DNA of 64,000 bases from Gemmatimonadales bacterium. GTDB taxonomy: Bacteria; Gemmatimonadota; Gemmatimonadetes; Gemmatimonadales; GWC2-71-9. The notes under the pieces are model-generated. The model did no database searches. It had not been told where the DNA came from and worked only from the letters and a program-made list of their open reading frames with translations. Numbering within the stretch: the first letter of the stretch is position 1; every line of letters starts with the position of its first letter. Where the stretch lies: positions 7,123-71,122 of the forward strand of contig DAINRR010000004.1 of assembly GCA_036741715.1 (NCBI GenBank), read 5' to 3'. Shown here piece by piece: positions 19,235 to 27,795 of the stretch. Made by a program: the position numbers and the translations under genes.

Positions 19235-19341
19235 GGAAGACGGAAGGACGGAACGACGGAAGGACGGAAGACGGCGCTCCCGATGGGGCGCCGTTCTCCG
19301 TTCAGCGGCGTTCCGTCTTTCCGTCCTTCCGTCCTTCCGTC
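19235..19341. repeat. Octamer-periodic inverted tandem-repeat hairpin element (locus A)
   Basis: The left arm is about 5 units of GAAGGACG (ggaagacg gaaggacg gaacgacg gaaggacg gaagacgg). The apex is GCGCtcccgatggggGCGC. The right arm is the complementary CCTTCCGT units (cgttccgt ctttccgt ccttccgt ccttccgt). It begins 3 nt after the M28 stop and ends 8 nt before the next start codon. Confidence 0.85.
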
Positions 19342-19349
19342 ATATTTCG

Positions 19350-19703
19350 ATGATGCCCGACACCATCTCCGATTTCAACGCCTTCCGCGCCCGCATGAAC
19401 GACGTCATCCTCGGCGCGGGGAACCTCACGATCAATCGCTTCTTCGCGCTCGACGGACGGGCCTACGAAGCCGGCGCGCTCGGGACGCGGACGAAGGAGA
19501 TGCTCGGCCTCGTCTCCTCGCTCGTGCTGCGATGCGACGACTGCGTCACCTACCATGTGGTGCGGTGCCACGAGGAGGGCGTCACGCGCGAGGAATTCCT
19601 GGAGATCTTCTCGGTGGGACTCGTGGTGGGCGGCAGTATCGTGATCCCGCACCTGCGGCGCGCCATGGCTCGGCTGGAGGAGCTCGAGGGCCGGCCGGCC
19701 TAG
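19350..19703 (+). CDS. Carboxymuconolactone decarboxylase (AhpD-like) family protein
   Basis: 117 aa. CxxC-type motif LRCDDCVTYHV and EEFLEIFSVGLVVGGS are typical of the CMD/AhpD fold. Confidence 0.82.
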   Translation: MMPDTISDFNAFRARMNDVILGAGNLTINRFFALDGRAYEAGALGTRTKEMLGLVSSLVLRCDDCVTYHVVRCHEEGVTREEFLEIFSVGLVVGGSIVIPHLRRAMARLEELEGRPA

Positions 19704-20617
19704 CGGCGCGGCACCGTCAGCAGGACCCCTCCCAGCACCATCGCGCCTCCGATCAGCTGCACGAGCCCCGGCCGTTCGGCGAGGATGAGCGCCGCCGCGC
19801 CCATCGCGACGATCGGTGTCAGGCACGCGAAGATCGCCGTACGATTCGTCCCGACGACCCGGATGCTCCGATTCCACAGGATGTAGGCGACGACGAGCGA
19901 GAGCGCGCTCGAATAGACGAGTCCGGCCCATCCGAGCCACGTCACCCGGCTCCAGTCCATCGTCAGGAGCTGCGGTACCCCGGCCGCGAGGAGCGGCGGA
20001 GTGCCGAGCATGAGCGTCCAGGCGGTGATCGCGAGCGGTGAAAGGGGCGTGTGCAGGCGCCTGACACCGAGCGTGAAGACGGCCCAGCAGAGCACTGCGG
20101 CGAGGGAGAGCAGGTCGCCGTCGAGCGTGGCGGCGGAGAAGCGGACGCCCTGGTGGACGATCACCAGCACCACGCCGAGGAAGGCGATCAGGAGCGCGAC
20201 CCGGCTCCGCCGGTCGAGCCGCTCGGTCCGGGTGAGCGCGCCGAGCCCCGCCACCATCACCGGCATGCTCGCCAGGACGAGCGCGCTGTTGGTGGCCGTG
20301 GTCCGTGCGAGGCCCGAGATGAACGCGAGCTGGTAGCCGGTATTCCCGATGAGCCCGAGCACGGCCAGCCGGCGCAGGGAGCCGGGCGGCAGCGTGAGCG
20401 GACCTTCGATCCAGCGGAGCACCAGCGCGAGCAGGACCGCGGCGAGCGCGAACCGGATCGCGGTGAAGGCGAAGGGCGGGAACTGCCCGAGTGCCCACTT
20501 CGAGACGCTGAAGTTGAGTCCCCAGACCGTCACGACGATGAGCAGCCCCGCAATCGCCGCGGCGGGCGGGTGCGGGGGAGCGGCGGACGGTCCGGACGGC
20601 GCGGTCGGTGCGGACAT
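19700..20617 (-). CDS. EamA/DMT family transporter
   Basis: About 10 TM helices with duplicated EamA pattern (VWGLNFSVSKWAL...; ...YILWNRSIRVVG...). ATG 20617 is chosen as the start. Upstream track residues are A/T-rich and unconserved. Confidence 0.85.
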   Translation of the reverse strand: MSAPTAPSGPSAAPPHPPAAAIAGLLIVVTVWGLNFSVSKWALGQFPPFAFTAIRFALAAVLLALVLRWIEGPLTLPPGSLRRLAVLGLIGNTGYQLAFISGLARTTATNSALVLASMPVMVAGLGALTRTERLDRRSRVALLIAFLGVVLVIVHQGVRFSAATLDGDLLSLAAVLCWAVFTLGVRRLHTPLSPLAITAWTLMLGTPPLLAAGVPQLLTMDWSRVTWLGWAGLVYSSALSLVVAYILWNRSIRVVGTNRTAIFACLTPIVAMGAAALILAERPGLVQLIGGAMVLGGVLLTVPRR

Positions 20618-20651
20618 CGGGATAGGAACATAGCCCGTTATATTCCCGCGC

Positions 20652-22451
20652 ATGTCCCAGGCCCGCATCCGCAACTTCTGCATCGTCGCGCACATCGACC
20701 ACGGCAAGTCCACGCTCGCCGACCGGCTGATCGAGGCGACCGGGGCGGTCGAGAAGCGCCAGATGCGCGACCAGATCACCGACACCATGGACCTGGAGCG
20801 CGAGCGGGGGATCACGATCAAGCTCAACGCCGTCCGCATGCGCTATATCGCGGCGGATGGCGGCGAATACGAGCTCAACCTGATCGATACGCCCGGGCAC
20901 GTGGACTTCACCTACGAGGTGTCCCGCTCGCTTGCGGCGTGCGAAGGCGCGATCCTCGTCGTCGACGCCTCGCAGGGCATCCAGGCGCAGACGCTCTCCA
21001 ACCTCTTCCTCGCGCTCGACGCCGGGCTCGAGATCATCCCGGTCCTCAACAAGATCGACCTCCCCGGCGCCGAGCCCGAGCGCCGCGCGAAGGAGATCAT
21101 GGACCTGATCGGCTCCCGGCGGGAGGAGATCCTCTCGGTGTCCGCCAAGGAAGGCACGGGCGTCCCTGCCCTGCTCGAGCGGATCGTGGAGCGGGTCCCG
21201 CCGCCACGGGGGAATCGTGACGCACCGCTACGGGCACTCATCTTCGACTCCTATTTCGACCGCTACCGCGGCGCCATCCCGAGCGTGCGCGTGGTGGATG
21301 GCGCGATCCGGCCGGGGATGAAGATCGCCTTCGGCTCGCACCCCGACGACGTCTACCCGGTGGACGAGGTGGGGTATCTCCAGCTCGGGCAGCATCGCGC
21401 CGACGAGCTCGCGGCGGGCGAGGTGGGCTACGTCGTCGCGAGCCTTCGCGAGGTGCGCGATGCGCGCGTCGGCGACACGATCTTCGACGCCGCGAATCGC
21501 GCCACCGAGCTCCTGCCCGGCTACCGCGACGTGAAGTCGATGGTGTTCGCCGGGGTCTACCCGACCGATTCCGACCAGTACGAGGGCCTGCGCGACGCCC
21601 TCGAGCGCCTGGTGCTCAACGACGCGAGCCTGCACTACGAGCCCGAGTCGTCCACGGCGCTCGGCTTCGGCTTCCGCTGCGGGTTCCTGGGACTCCTGCA
21701 CCTCGAGATCGTGCAGGAGCGCCTGGAGCGGGAATTCGACCTCGACCTGATCACCACCGTCCCGACGGTCGAGTACCACGTGTACCGCACCGACGGCACG
21801 ATGATGCTGCTCGAGAATCCCACCGCGCTGCCGGATCCCGCGGAGATCAGCCGGATCGAGGAGCCCTTCGTCAAGGCGCGCATCATGGCCCCGGCCGAGT
21901 ACATCGGCGGGATCATGAAGCTGGGCCAGGAGCGGCGCGGGATCTACAACGGGATGCACTACATCGACACGTCCCGCGTCGAGTTCGACTTCGAGTTTCC
22001 GCTCGGCGAGATCGTGCTCGACTTCTACGACCGGCTCAAGTCGATCTCGAAGGGGTACGCCTCGCTCGACTACGAGCTCAGCGGATTCCGGGCCTCCGAC
22101 CTCGTGAAGCTCGACATGCTCATCAACGGGGACCCGATCGACGCGTTCAGCGTGATCATCCACCGCGACAAGGCATACGAATGGGGTCGCAAGGTGGCGG
22201 AAAAGCTCAAGGAGCTGATTCCGCGCCAGCTCTTCGCAGTGGCGATCCAGGCGGCGGTGGGTCAGAAGATCATCGCGCGCGAGACGATCAGCGCGTTCCG
22301 GAAGGACGTCCTCGCCAAGTGCTACGGCGGCGACATCACCCGCAAGCGCAAGCTCCTGGAGAAGCAGAAGGAAGGCAAGAAGCGGATGAAGCAGATCGGG
22401 GCGGTCGAGATCCCGCAGGAGGCGTTCCTCGCCGTGCTGCAGGTCGACTGA
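20652..22451 (+). CDS. lepA: Elongation factor 4
   Basis: [42 protein letters not shown] and C-terminal ...[26 protein letters not shown]. Confidence 0.97.
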   Translation: MSQARIRNFCIVAHIDHGKSTLADRLIEATGAVEKRQMRDQITDTMDLERERGITIKLNAVRMRYIAADGGEYELNLIDTPGHVDFTYEVSRSLAACEGAILVVDASQGIQAQTLSNLFLALDAGLEIIPVLNKIDLPGAEPERRAKEIMDLIGSRREEILSVSAKEGTGVPALLERIVERVPPPRGNRDAPLRALIFDSYFDRYRGAIPSVRVVDGAIRPGMKIAFGSHPDDVYPVDEVGYLQLGQHRADELAAGEVGYVVASLREVRDARVGDTIFDAANRATELLPGYRDVKSMVFAGVYPTDSDQYEGLRDALERLVLNDASLHYEPESSTALGFGFRCGFLGLLHLEIVQERLEREFDLDLITTVPTVEYHVYRTDGTMMLLENPTALPDPAEISRIEEPFVKARIMAPAEYIGGIMKLGQERRGIYNGMHYIDTSRVEFDFEFPLGEIVLDFYDRLKSISKGYASLDYELSGFRASDLVKLDMLINGDPIDAFSVIIHRDKAYEWGRKVAEKLKELIPRQLFAVAIQAAVGQKIIARETISAFRKDVLAKCYGGDITRKRKLLEKQKEGKKRMKQIGAVEIPQEAFLAVLQVD

Positions 22452-23419
22452 TGACCTCCCGCTACGTCCTCGGCATCGACATCGGCGGCACGAGCTTCAC
22501 CGTCGGGGCGGTGCTCGAGGACGGGAGCCGCGTCGCCGCCCTGCGGAATGCGCCGACCATCGCTGAATCGGGCGCCGACATCGTGCTCGACCGGATCATC
22601 GCCATCAGCCGGGCCGTGATGGAGGAGACGCGTGCGGCCGAGCCCGGAGCGACCTTCATCGGCGTCGGCGCCGGGGCGCCGGGGCCGCTCGACACGAAGC
22701 GCGGCGTCGTGCTCCTCACGCCGAATCTCGGGTGGGTGGACTATCCGCTCGCGGACCGGCTCCACGAGGGCCTCGCGCTGCCGGTGGTCATCGACAACGA
22801 CGCGAACTGCGCGGTGCTCGGCGAGTGGTGGATGGGCGCCGCGCGCGGAACGCAGCACGCCATCGGCTTCACGATCGGCACGGGCATCGGCGGCGGCATC
22901 ATCATGAACGGGCGGCTGTACCACGGCGCGTCGGACTGCGCCGGCGAGATCGGTCACACCACGATCGACTCGAACGGCCGCCGCTGCGCCTGCGGCAACT
23001 ACGGCTGCCTCGAGGCCTATGCGTCCGGCCCCGCCATCGCGCGCCGGGCGACCGAGGCGCTCGAGGCGGGTGCCGAAAGCCGCCTCCCGGCACGAGTCGG
23101 TGGCGATCTTTCGAAGATCACGGCCCAGCTGGTCTACGAGGCGGCCGAACAGGGCGACGAGCTCGCGCGCGAGGTCGTGCACGACACCGCCCACTTCCTC
23201 GGGGCGGGGATCGCCAATCTCCTCAACATCTTCAATCCCGAGGTCGTCGTGATCTGCGGCGGCGTCCGGCGCGCCGGCGACCTCCTCTTCGCGCCGCTGC
23301 GGCGCGAGGTGGCGCGGCGCGCGTTCAAGCCGGCCGTCGCGGCCGCGCGCATCCTGCCGAGCGAGCTCGAAACGCCGGGCGTCCAGGGCGCGGCGCGCGC
23401 CTTCCTCGAGCGGCAGTAG
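22451..23419 (+). CDS. ROK family glucokinase
   Basis: Start [16 protein letters not shown] overlaps the lepA stop (TGATG). ROK zinc motif GHTTIDSNGRRCACGNYGCLEAYAS is present. Confidence 0.9.
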   Translation: MTSRYVLGIDIGGTSFTVGAVLEDGSRVAALRNAPTIAESGADIVLDRIIAISRAVMEETRAAEPGATFIGVGAGAPGPLDTKRGVVLLTPNLGWVDYPLADRLHEGLALPVVIDNDANCAVLGEWWMGAARGTQHAIGFTIGTGIGGGIIMNGRLYHGASDCAGEIGHTTIDSNGRRCACGNYGCLEAYASGPAIARRATEALEAGAESRLPARVGGDLSKITAQLVYEAAEQGDELAREVVHDTAHFLGAGIANLLNIFNPEVVVICGGVRRAGDLLFAPLRREVARRAFKPAVAAARILPSELETPGVQGAARAFLERQ

Positions 23420-23420
23420 C

Positions 23421-24371
23421 ATGCCTCGCGTCGGCGTCGTCGGGTCGCTCGTCTGGGATGTGATCCACGGCCGCGATCCCCGCTCCGCACCGGTCGAGGA
23501 GTGGGGCGGCATCGCGTACGCGCTCTCCGGTCTGGATGCGAGCCTCGACGAGGGATGGGAGATCGTCCCGCTCATCAAGGTGGGCCGCGACCTGGCGGCG
23601 CCGGCGGGCGAGTTCTTCCGCTCGCTCCGCCGCCTCACCCCGGGCGCCCGTCCGCTCGAAGTCGACGCGCCGAACAACCGCGTCGTGCTGCGATACGCCC
23701 GCGACGAGCGGCGCTGCGAGCGGATGGCCGGCGGCGTGCCGTCGTGGACCTGGGCCGAGCTCGGCCCGATGGTGCGCGATCTCGACGCCATGTACGTGAA
23801 CTTCATTTCGGGGTTCGAGATGTGCCTGGGCACGGCGGCCGCGCTCAGGCAGGGGTTCCGCGGACCGATCTACGCCGACCTGCACAGCCTCTTCCTCGGC
23901 ATGCAGCACGATGGCATGCGCGTGCGCCGCCCGCTGCCGGACGCGCCGTCGTGGTTCGGCTGCTTCGACATGGTGCAGCTCAACGAGGACGAGATGCGGG
24001 AGCTCTCACCCGATCCGCTCGCGCTGTCGGCGGACGCCATCGCGGCCGGCGTCGGGCTGCTCGTCGTGACGCTCGGTCCGCGGGGCGCCGCCTACGTCGA
24101 GGCGCCGGGATTCGACGCGCGCAGCGCGGCGCGCGGGCGCGGCGCCACGGGCACGGTGCGAAGCGCGCTCGTCGAGGCGGAATACGTGGATGCGGTGGAT
24201 CCGACCGGCTGCGGCGATGTCTTCGGCGCGACCGCGTTCAGCCGCCTCCTCGCGGGCGAGGACGTGGAGGCGGCGCTCCGCCACGCCAACCGCATGGCGG
24301 GCCGGAACGCGGCCTTCCGCGGCGCGACGGGCCTGGCCGATCACCTCCGGGGAGAGCTCGTGCGCCCATGA
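23421..24371 (+). CDS. PfkB-family carbohydrate/nucleoside kinase
   Basis: The C-terminal DPTGCGDVFGATAFSRLLAG is the PfkB signature-2 (DTxGAGD-like). The substrate is not assignable. Confidence 0.82.
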   Translation: MPRVGVVGSLVWDVIHGRDPRSAPVEEWGGIAYALSGLDASLDEGWEIVPLIKVGRDLAAPAGEFFRSLRRLTPGARPLEVDAPNNRVVLRYARDERRCERMAGGVPSWTWAELGPMVRDLDAMYVNFISGFEMCLGTAAALRQGFRGPIYADLHSLFLGMQHDGMRVRRPLPDAPSWFGCFDMVQLNEDEMRELSPDPLALSADAIAAGVGLLVVTLGPRGAAYVEAPGFDARSAARGRGATGTVRSALVEAEYVDAVDPTGCGDVFGATAFSRLLAGEDVEAALRHANRMAGRNAAFRGATGLADHLRGELVRP

Positions 24372-25264
24372 CCCGCATCATCGAGATTCCACCGAGCTTC
24401 GACGACCGCACGTTCGACCAGTTCGCCGCGATGTTCGGCGAATGGCCGCCCGACGAGCGTCTCCTGTTCGACGCGCGGGGCGCGCAGTGGGCGTCGCCGT
24501 ACGGACTCATCGCCATCCTGACGGCGGCCCAGGCACTGAGCGAGGCCGGCGCCGAGCGGCCGCTCTTCACCGCGCCGCTCAACGACGAGGTCAAGCGGTA
24601 CTGGGCCCGCACCGGGTTCTTCCGCCACGCTGCGGACTTCTTCGAGATCCACGGCCGCATTCCCCGGGCCGCCGAAGGTCCGAGCGACACGCTTCTCGAC
24701 GTCACCCCGATCCGCGCCATGGACGACGTGCACAAGGTCGTGGGCGACGTCCCCGAGCGCGCCGCGAAGATCCTCCACGACCAGCTCAACATCCGCGCCA
24801 GCGAGACGATGCGCTTCAGCATGGCGCTTTCGGAGGCGTGTCAGAATATTGTGGAGCACTCGGGCACGGGAGGATGGGTGGCGGTACAGGCGTACACCTG
24901 GCGGCGCCGGCTCGGCCGGCGTGTCGTGGTCATCGCGGTGAGCGACGGCGGGATCGGCTTCCGCCGCTCGCTCGAGCCGGCGCATGCCCGCCGCTACGGC
25001 GAGCGCTGGGGCGACGGCGCCGCGCTCGAAGCCGGGCTCATCCAGAACGTGAGCCGCTTCCGCGACCCCGGCCGCGGCCAGGGCATTGCCTCGATCAAGC
25101 GCTCCGTGGACCACTGGAACGGCAAGATCTCCATCCGCAGCGGTACCGCGCGGCTGGCCATCGTCCCGGCCTGGGACGACGATGCGCCGCTCGCCGAGCA
25201 TCTCCCCTTCTTTCCGGGAGCCCAGGTGCAGATCACGATCCCCGCGAAGGACGCGCCGGCATGA
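24368..25264 (+). CDS. GHKL (HATPase_c) ATP-binding protein, RsbW/SpoIIAB-like, with N-terminal STAS-like extension
   Basis: ATG 24368 overlaps the PfkB stop (ATGA). N box ALSEACQNIVEHSG, G1 AVSDGGIGF, G2 GRGQGIASI. No DHp/H-box was seen. The N-terminal ~120 aa (LLFDARGAQWASPYGLIAILTAAQAL ... YWARTGFF) is not a sensor-kinase dimerisation domain. Confidence 0.75.
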   Translation: MTRIIEIPPSFDDRTFDQFAAMFGEWPPDERLLFDARGAQWASPYGLIAILTAAQALSEAGAERPLFTAPLNDEVKRYWARTGFFRHAADFFEIHGRIPRAAEGPSDTLLDVTPIRAMDDVHKVVGDVPERAAKILHDQLNIRASETMRFSMALSEACQNIVEHSGTGGWVAVQAYTWRRRLGRRVVVIAVSDGGIGFRRSLEPAHARRYGERWGDGAALEAGLIQNVSRFRDPGRGQGIASIKRSVDHWNGKISIRSGTARLAIVPAWDDDAPLAEHLPFFPGAQVQITIPAKDAPA

Positions 25265-25803
25265 TCGAAACCTTCCGCCTGCACCAGCTGCTGCGGGAGA
25301 CGGTCTCCGCGCCCTATCGCTGCCTCGTCACGCGCCCCACGGGGGCGGCCATCCGCTCGCGCATCGAGCAGGCGCTGGCCGACTCGGGGTGCGTGACCGC
25401 ACTTCTCGACTTCGCCGAGGTCGAGGTCATCGACTTCAGCTGCGCCGACGAGGTGATCGCGAAGCTGGTGCTGGCGCAGTACTCGGCCGCGGGGCCGTTC
25501 GTCGTGCTGCAGGGGCTGAGCGAGCCGCAGCTCGAGGCCGTCGAGCACGTCCTCAACCACCGCCGCCTCGCCGTGGCCGCCCTGCGCGATGCGCCCGCGC
25601 GTCCCGCGCTCCTCGGCTGCGCCGATGCCGACGCGCGCACCGCATTCTCGGCCGTGTGCGAAGAGGGGACAGCCGACCCCGATTCGCTCGCAAAGCGGAT
25701 CGGCTGGAGCCGCGAGCGGGCGGCGGCGGCGCTCGAGACACTCACCTCGCTCCGCCTCGCGCGTTGCATCGGCGGGGCGTTCCATCCGGTGCCGGTTCCG
25801 TGA
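25261..25803 (+). CDS. STAS-like (DUF4325-type) domain protein with C-terminal helical region
   Basis: ATG 25261 overlaps the upstream stop (ATGA). TRPTGAAIRSRIEQAL...VTALLDFAEVEVIDFSCADEVIAKL resembles the DUF4325 hallmark (..DF.gV..i..SFaDE..). The C-terminal ~70 aa are helical (LAKRIGWSRERAAAALETLTSLRLA), possibly wHTH. Confidence 0.65.
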   Translation: MIETFRLHQLLRETVSAPYRCLVTRPTGAAIRSRIEQALADSGCVTALLDFAEVEVIDFSCADEVIAKLVLAQYSAAGPFVVLQGLSEPQLEAVEHVLNHRRLAVAALRDAPARPALLGCADADARTAFSAVCEEGTADPDSLAKRIGWSRERAAAALETLTSLRLARCIGGAFHPVPVP

Positions 25804-26954
25804 CGCAGCGCCGCTTCGGCCTCTCGACCACGGCCGTGCACGGTCTCCCGCAGCGCCAGGCCGACTGGTCGCCGATCGTACCGGCCCTCGCCCAGAGCGC
25901 CACGTTCGTGAGCCCGGTCGGCAGCGACGAGGAGGTGCTCTACACCCGCTACGGCAACAATCCGAACCAGGTGGAGCTCGGCCGCAAGTACGCGCTTCTC
26001 GAGGGGGCCGAGGAAGCGCTCTTCGTGGCGAGCGGCATGGGTGCCACCGCGCTCGCCCACCTCGCGGTGCTGCGTCCCGGAGACCACCTGATCTCGAGCT
26101 CGTGGATCTACGGCGGGACGCGCAAGCTCTTCGACGAGGAGCTCGGGCGACTCGGGATCGAGGTCACGTACGTCGAGCCCGACCAGCCGAGAAACTGGCG
26201 CGGCTCGGTCCGCCGCACCACGCGCGCGATCTTCATCGAGACCCCGACGAACCCGGTGATGCGCGTGCTCGACGTGTCGGCCGTGGCCCAGGCGGCGCGC
26301 GAGCACGGCCTCGCGCTCCTCGTGGACGCCACTTTCGCGAGCCCGATCAATTTCCGGCCGCTCGAGCATGGGGCGGACGTGGTGATCACGAGCGCGACGA
26401 AATACCTGAACGGGCACAGCGACGTCATCGCGGGCGCGGTCGCCGGCACGGCCTCGCTCATCGAGGAAGTCACCCGCCTCATGCGTCTCTGGGGCCAGGC
26501 CATCGATCCGCACGCGGCGTGGCTGGTCGATCGCGGGCTCCGGACGCTGAGCGTGCGGATGGAGCGGCACAACGCGAACGGCCTGGCCGTGGCCAGGTGG
26601 GCCGAGGCGCACTCGGCCATCACCCGCGTCCACTATCCGGGCCTCGCGTCGCATCCCGACCATGCGATCGCGACAGCCACGCTTGCGGGCTTCGGCGGGA
26701 TGGTGGGCCTCGAGATTTCGGGCGGCGTGCGCGCCACCGAACGTTTCCTCCGCCGGCTCAAGCTCGTGGCGCACGCGCCGAGTCTCGCCGGCGTGGAGAG
26801 CCTCATCTCGGAGCCGCGCCTCACCTCCCACAAGGCGCTCGGCGCCGAAGGGCGCGCGCGGATCGGCATCCCCGACGGCTTCGTGCGACTCAGCTGCGGC
26901 ATCGAGGATGCGGAGGACATCATCGGGGACCTGGAGCAGGCGCTCGGGGAGTAG
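25800..26954 (+). CDS. Cys/Met-metabolism PLP enzyme (cystathionine gamma-lyase/synthase or beta-lyase family)
   Basis: GTG 25800 overlaps the upstream stop (GTGA). Motifs TTAVHG, YTRYGNNPN, the PLP-lysine motif SATKYLNGHSDV, and a C-terminal SLAGVESLISEP...RLSCGIED. Confidence 0.9.
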   Translation: MTQRRFGLSTTAVHGLPQRQADWSPIVPALAQSATFVSPVGSDEEVLYTRYGNNPNQVELGRKYALLEGAEEALFVASGMGATALAHLAVLRPGDHLISSSWIYGGTRKLFDEELGRLGIEVTYVEPDQPRNWRGSVRRTTRAIFIETPTNPVMRVLDVSAVAQAAREHGLALLVDATFASPINFRPLEHGADVVITSATKYLNGHSDVIAGAVAGTASLIEEVTRLMRLWGQAIDPHAAWLVDRGLRTLSVRMERHNANGLAVARWAEAHSAITRVHYPGLASHPDHAIATATLAGFGGMVGLEISGGVRATERFLRRLKLVAHAPSLAGVESLISEPRLTSHKALGAEGRARIGIPDGFVRLSCGIEDAEDIIGDLEQALGE

Positions 26955-27085
26955 GCGGACGGAAGGTCGGAAGGTCGGAAGGTCGGAATGGGAACAGGCG
27001 AGAACTCCGGTCCGACTGACCGACCTTCCGACTTTCCGACCTTCCGACTTTCCGACTTTCCGACCTTCCGACTTTCCGACCCTCC
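26955..27085. repeat. Octamer-periodic inverted tandem-repeat hairpin element (locus B)
   Basis: The left arm is GGACGGAA (GGTCGGAA)x3. After a ~20-nt apex come 9 complementary octamers: ccgactga ccgacctt ccgacttt ccgacctt ccgacttt ccgacttt ccgacctt ccgacttt ccgaccct. C/T differences would be G-U pairs in RNA. It starts 1 nt after the PLP-enzyme stop and ends 23 nt before the ftsE GTG. Confidence 0.9.
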
Positions 27086-27108
27086 AGCCCCCCCACTATC
27101 TTCCGCCC

Positions 27109-27795
27109 GTGATCCGCCTCTCCCACGTCGTCAAGACCTTCCCGAATGGCTCGCTCGCTCTCAAGGACGTTTCGTTTCACGTCCCGAAGGGGGAGTTCGT
27201 CTTCCTGACGGGACATTCCGGTGCGGGCAAGTCGACGCTGCTCCGCATGCTGTACGCCGAGGAGCGCCCGACGCAGGGAGAAGTGCGCGTCGGCGGCCAC
27301 CTCGTGCATGCGCTCAAGGCCGATGAGATCCCGCGGCTGCGGCGCCGGCTCGGCATCGTGTTCCAGGATTTCCGGCTCCTCGAGGACCGGACCGCGTTCG
27401 AGAACATCGCCTTCGCGCTCGAAGTCACCGGTGCGCGGGCGGACACGATTCCGGCGCGCGTCACCCGGGTGCTGACGCAGGTGGGCCTCGCCGCCAAGGC
27501 GCGCGCCCACCCGCGCGAGCTGTCCGGCGGCGAGCAGCAGCGCGTGGCCATCGCCCGCGCGCTCGTGAACGATCCCGCCATCCTCCTCGCCGACGAGCCG
27601 ACCGGCAACCTCGACGAGCGGGCGACGCGCGGCGTGTTCCAGCTCCTGCGCGACATCAACACCTCGGGCACCGTCGTGGTCATGGCCACGCACGACCTCG
27701 ACCTCGTCCGCCAGACGACCTACCGCGCCATCGAGATGCGCGAAGGCTCGGTCGTCTTCGACAGCGCCGACGAAGCGCAGGGCGAGGATCGATGA
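27109..27795 (+). CDS. ftsE: Cell-division ABC ATPase FtsE
   Basis: The conserved start (V)IRLSHVVKTFPNG is at GTG 27109. Walker A GHSGAGKST, signature LSGGEQQRVAIARAL, Walker B LLADEPTGNLD. Confidence 0.93.
   Translation: MIRLSHVVKTFPNGSLALKDVSFHVPKGEFVFLTGHSGAGKSTLLRMLYAEERPTQGEVRVGGHLVHALKADEIPRLRRRLGIVFQDFRLLEDRTAFENIAFALEVTGARADTIPARVTRVLTQVGLAAKARAHPRELSGGEQQRVAIARALVNDPAILLADEPTGNLDERATRGVFQLLRDINTSGTVVVMATHDLDLVRQTTYRAIEMREGSVVFDSADEAQGEDR

Noticed and set aside
26955-27085. Possible CRISPR array or coding repeat (RKVGRSES / FRPSDFPT repeats in the track ORFs).
   Set aside because: The repeat units are 8 nt and directly abutting, with no spacers. The two halves are reverse complements of each other. 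An 8-nt period is incompatible with a conserved reading frame. No cas genes are present in the window.
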